A stretch of DNA of 63,541 nucleotides, counting the filler, from Circinaria calcarea (taxonomy: Eukaryota), in the NCBI GenBank assembly GCA_051942165.1. It is 38 parts of 38 records of this genome, joined end to end, with 100 filler letters (N's around TTAATTAATTAA, not from the genome) between each part and the next. Parts side by side here need not be neighbours in the genome. Positions count along the whole stretch, not along the records: positions 58,646 to 60,211 come from JAVECS010004521.1; positions 60,312 to 61,876 come from JAVECS010004522.1; positions 61,977 to 63,541 come from JAVECS010004523.1; 35 more parts are not named here. The stretch is one strand, 5' to 3'. Each line of letters starts with the position of its first letter. The first letter of the stretch is position 1. This document shows, in pieces, positions 60,014 through 63,541 of the stretch. Position numbers and translations under genes: made by a program. A model generated the notes under the pieces. That model searched no databases. It was not told the DNA's origin and saw nothing but the letters and a program-made list of their open reading frames with translations.

Positions 60014-60211
60014 ATGGCACCTGTACTTCCCAATGCAGCGATCCAAACCGCCATAGACCATAAGGCTTCGATATGGCGCTACATCACCGACATGGAGCGC
60101 CTACTCATCAAGACGGTTTGCATCCTAGCCCGTCAAAACTATATGACGTCGTGGGACCAGGTTGCCGAGGGGTTGGACTGGGACAGTATCGCAAGAGAAC
60201 TGGGACCAGGT
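60014..60211 (+). CDS. Tandem paralog of 59035-59543, 5' part
   Basis: ATG in ACAATCATGG context; 19/47 ungapped identities to the upstream protein (W..R..IK.VCI.A.Q...T.W..V...L.WD.IA...G.G). Confidence 0.72.
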
Positions 60212-60311
60212 NNNNNNNNNNNNNNNNNNNNNNNNNNNNNNNNNNNNNNNNNNNNTTAATTAATTAANNNNNNNNNNNNNNNNNNNNNNNNNNNNNNNNN
60301 NNNNNNNNNNN

Positions 60312-60800
60312 GATTGCAGCGCCCTTACATGTATCCTGGCTAAAATATAATATATAAAATAGGATAATGTATACTAAGACTTTAGGATATAAATAAAAGA
60401 AAAACCCGTGTATAAACGCGTAAAGAATAATTATTTATCCCCGCAAGCCTATACACGGGCTAGAGAATATAAAGGAGATTAATAAAAAAAAGATTCGGAA
60501 TAATAGGTAAGCCCTGGCAACAGAATGTTTCTTCCGCCGATATTTATAAAAAAAGGCGACGGTAGAAATAATTGAATCTGGTAAGAATTAATTATAGAGG
60601 AATCGATAGAGGCATAACGTGCCAGATGGAGCGTAAGAAATTTCTGCGAGAGCGGGGTGAGGGCGTTCAGGCATTTCAACCAACCAGTTTGGGTTAATCG
60701 GTTTAGAATACCTGTATACGCCCGCTTAAGCGTGGCTAGATTCTTGTAGCAATAAACCAACCAACCAACCAACCAACCTCGAGAGAACGAGATTAACACT
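60312..60800. repeat. AT/TpA-rich RIP-like tract
   Basis: Dense TATA/TAA/TAG, few CA/TG, no credible ORF; ends in an (AACC)n microsatellite at ~60755-60778. Confidence 0.5.
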
Positions 60801-61637
60801 TTTCTCAATTATGTAGCATTAACTCTCATTCTCTGATATGAAAGAAGCAGATCCCTATGACCCAATGCCGATAATCCTAATATATGCACAGTCATGATGT
60901 TACCATGAGACACGTTATGCTGATGCTGACAAAGTCTTATGGCCGTAACCACAAACTCCAGACAAATCGAGTCATTATACACCGCTTCCACCGGAGCATC
61001 TATCAACTTCATCCGAGTCACCTGGCACTTCTGTGGATTCAAGTTTTCCGACCCACATCAATGTGTGAAGTCTTACCTGTCAGCCGGATTTCGAGTTACC
61101 GTGCTGACAGGACGGTACCAAGGTTGTCTGCCTAAACTTGTGCGGGCTAAAGACCACCCGAAATGGAAGCTATCACAGCTCTCGATTGTCGATGCTGCGC
61201 ATGCTATAGACGCGTCTTATATCCCCTAAGGAACTGCGCCATAATTCTGCTGCTAAAGGCGTAGTCCGTCAGTGACGAAGGTGCTTTGCTGACGTCGGCA
61301 CCATATCGGTTGATAGACTGCCTAAGCTTTCCTTAGGGCTTTTTGACTCATTCCTGTCAGGACGCGATTTCAGGGTCGCTTCTATACCTTAGCACGCTAC
61401 CACGTGGAACTCTTCGTGTTCAGCGTTCCTTTTGCATGGGCTACATTCAAATCCTAATCAATTCGGACACAGGCTTATATCAGCCAGTGATGCTACCTGG
61501 TGTCAGCCGTCGGGAGGGCTTATTAGGTATTTAAGACAATCCGTCCTGCTCGGAAAGCGGAGCTCGCTATCCAAACAAACATTCCCCTTCAAAAACTTTT
61601 AGAAACCCTTGAGATATCATCCTATTGTGGACGCAAG

Positions 61638-61876
61638 ATGATGCTGGCACTCAGTATCAAAACACTAGCGCTTGCGACGCTGACGGCAAGTGCTACGATC
61701 CAAGAGCGAACTTCAAACGTGCAATCCCCAAGAGCAATATACTTCTTATCTACACAGCAGCCGTCTGCTGAGATATACGCACTGAAGGTACTATCAAGTG
61801 GGCGTGTCACTGCCGGCTTAAAGACACCTCTTGGCCCCGGTGGTCCAGATGTAGACCCAGCTGCCATATCCCTAAT
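61638..61876 (+). CDS. Secreted protein, 5' part (possibly a lactonase/3-carboxymuconate-cyclase-like beta-propeller)
   Basis: Signal peptide MMLALSIKTLALATLTASA; RAIYFLS..IYALKV..GRV..TPLG resembles the first blade of that family. Confidence 0.55.
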
Positions 61877-62697
61877 NNNNNNNNNNNNNNNNNNNNNNNN
61901 NNNNNNNNNNNNNNNNNNNNTTAATTAATTAANNNNNNNNNNNNNNNNNNNNNNNNNNNNNNNNNNNNNNNNNNNNGTATGGTACGGTATGGGTAAGTAC
62001 CATAAGCCTTTGGAGTTTTGGAGTTTGGAGTTGTAATGATTTTAGCGCCCGCTTCCAACCCCCCCAAAACCCCCACCTTGGGGTGATTTAGAGTAGGAAG
62101 GACAGGTGCGAAAAAGTTTATTGATCAAAAGCCCGTACTGTTCCTTCCGGAGACACAGGCTCGAACGGAAATAAAGTCTGGGGAAGGGGGGAAAAATGTC
62201 AAAGTGTTAAATATCCAGGGTCAACAGGGTGTCACGTGGAGAAGGGGTATACTTTCGTATGGAATGCGGGTGTGCAGCGTGTGCAATGTGTTGCTATATA
62301 TGCCGTATATAATGTATGTGATGTGTAAGTTATATGGTTCGCAGAGTGCGAACCGAGGAGAAAACTCTGCAACACAGGCTAGTGGTGGTGTGCACGCCAT
62401 ACCTTATAGTATGCTGACTCCCAATGTTTATCACTAAGTGGTATTCGGTTTCGGGTTTTGGCCCAATCTGTTGTACATTTTTTCTCGCCCTTTCCCTCTC
62501 CACTCTCCCCCTTTTTCCCACTTCCTCGTGATAAAGAAAGGGAAGGGGGGGAGGACCTAAGCTAGCTAGCTACTCGGCATAAAAGCGCGCTGCGAAGCCA
62601 AAACCAATACGGTCCAATAACCCATGTTAGAGGGGGCCTTAATTCCCTCCGCTTCCTGTTCCATTAAAAAAACCCCTATTTTTTTCCATTCTCATAC

Positions 62698-63541
62698 TTA
62701 TACTCCATTCGACCTGATCGGTAACCTCTGCCGCTCCTCATTCAACTTCGCCATCCGCTTCGACATGAAATCGAAAAATGCAAACTGGCTGGGACTGCTA
62801 CCATGCTCGTACACGAAGCGACTGGCAAGGTAGCTGCCGAAGATGGCGCGGAGGTATTTATCGGGTACCTGTGTTTTACTTTTGATTAGTATAATTTCTT
62901 ATTCGCGCTCCGCGGAGATGTCTGATATTTTTGCTTCGCTCTAGTGGCCAAGGTTCTGGTTTTCGGAGGGTTTGGGGAGCGTATATCCCAAGATATACCT
63001 CCATGAAAACTCGGAATTATAACCGTGACCACCAGAGCGGCAGGACGAGGAATTGTTATAATATGGGGAGTGAGAAGCAGAAGATGGGCTTACCCGTTCG
63101 ATTATGAGATCCAATCCTATCTTCTGCAAAAGCAATCCCGGCAGAGCATCCTGCAAAACCGACCTTCGAAGCTCGATATTTTGCCACAACTCCGTGTTCT
63201 GCAACTCTTCATCCAGTTTCGTAATAGCAATACTCAAAGTATCGCTCAGGGTACTTCGTGCGATACCTGTTTGTTGATGTTCTCGCCAAATTGCTTCAAA
63301 TTCCAGCGCGGCGTTTCGTTTAATGGTTTCTTGCACTTCCTTGACGTATGCATTGTAGAAAGCAGGTGCGGTACCATTTTGGCTGATACACATGTTCTCG
63401 ACGAATCCCTTGTCATCAAACGACAAAGACGCAAGGACCTCTAGCGACGATGATGTTACACCGCCCTTGTTGGCAGAGGCGTCCTTGTAAAGGATACATC
63501 CAGCCTTTTCGAGCCGAAGCTTTGCGTCCTGAGTGATGAAT
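62698..63541 (-). CDS. gdh2: NAD-specific glutamate dehydrogenase, 3' part
   Basis: FITQDAKLRLEKAGCILYKDASANKGGVTSSSLEVLASL..LEFEAIWRE..; intron 62869-63093; VPDKYLRAIFGSYLASRFVYEHG..FAFFDFM; TAA at 62698-62700. Confidence 0.96.

Larger units (their letters stand above)
1589..61976. other. 37 artificial contig-joining linkers (N44-TTAATTAATTAA-N44, 100 bp each)
   Basis: Identical 100-bp blocks start at 1589, 3276, 4961, 6645, 8329, 10013, 11696, 13379, 15059, 16738, 18415, 20092, 21769, 23445, 25120, 26795, 28470, 30144, 31818, 33492, 35166, 36839, 38512, 40185, 41857, 43528, 45198, 46867, 48536, 50205, 51874, 53543, 55212, 56879, 58546, 60212 and 61877. The palindromic 12-mer gives stops in all six frames. 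Intervening segments shrink from 1588 to 1565 bp, and genes are cut mid-CDS at the linkers. Confidence 0.98.

Noticed and set aside
1589..61976. Regularly spaced palindromic TTAATTAATTAA as a CRISPR-like array or biological repeat
   Set aside because: Always embedded in exactly 44+44 Ns and cuts genes mid-CDS; it is a six-frame-stop assembly linker.

Overview
This window is not one locus. It is 38 short contigs of about 1565-1588 bp, in decreasing length order, joined by 37 identical artificial 100-bp linkers (N44-TTAATTAATTAA-N44). The DNA comes from a filamentous ascomycete (Pezizomycotina): it has short GT-AG introns with CTRAC/CTAAY branch points, dispersed 5S rRNA genes, Zn2Cys6 and HET-domain genes, and TpA-rich RIP-like tracts. 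Most genes are cut at contig edges, and nothing can be inferred from neighbours across a linker. Recognisable genes: nhp6, cwc21, an NRPS-like adenylation enzyme, an AhpD-like protein, efm7/NNT1, mtr10, tma46, a beta-flanking-like Gly-rich protein, prs1, sub1, nrc-2, arp3, a SAM methyltransferase, a Zn-ADH, an MscS-like channel, chs4/skt5, an SDR, arv1, an MFS transporter, a HET protein, rps15, rpp2 and gdh2. I found no demonstrable new multi-gene system. The best leads are: (1) a 174-bp Tc1/mariner-pogo-type MITE inserted in the loop of a pre-existing hairpin just upstream of a methyltransferase; (2) a 5S rRNA gene followed directly by nine tandem Pol III terminator-like units, facing sub1; (3) a tandem pair of divergent small Myb/SANT-like genes; (4) Zn2Cys6 regulators apparently inactivated by RIP-type or indel mutations; (5) one compositionally foreign-looking contig. 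Family assignments are from recognition of motifs by eye; no searches were run.
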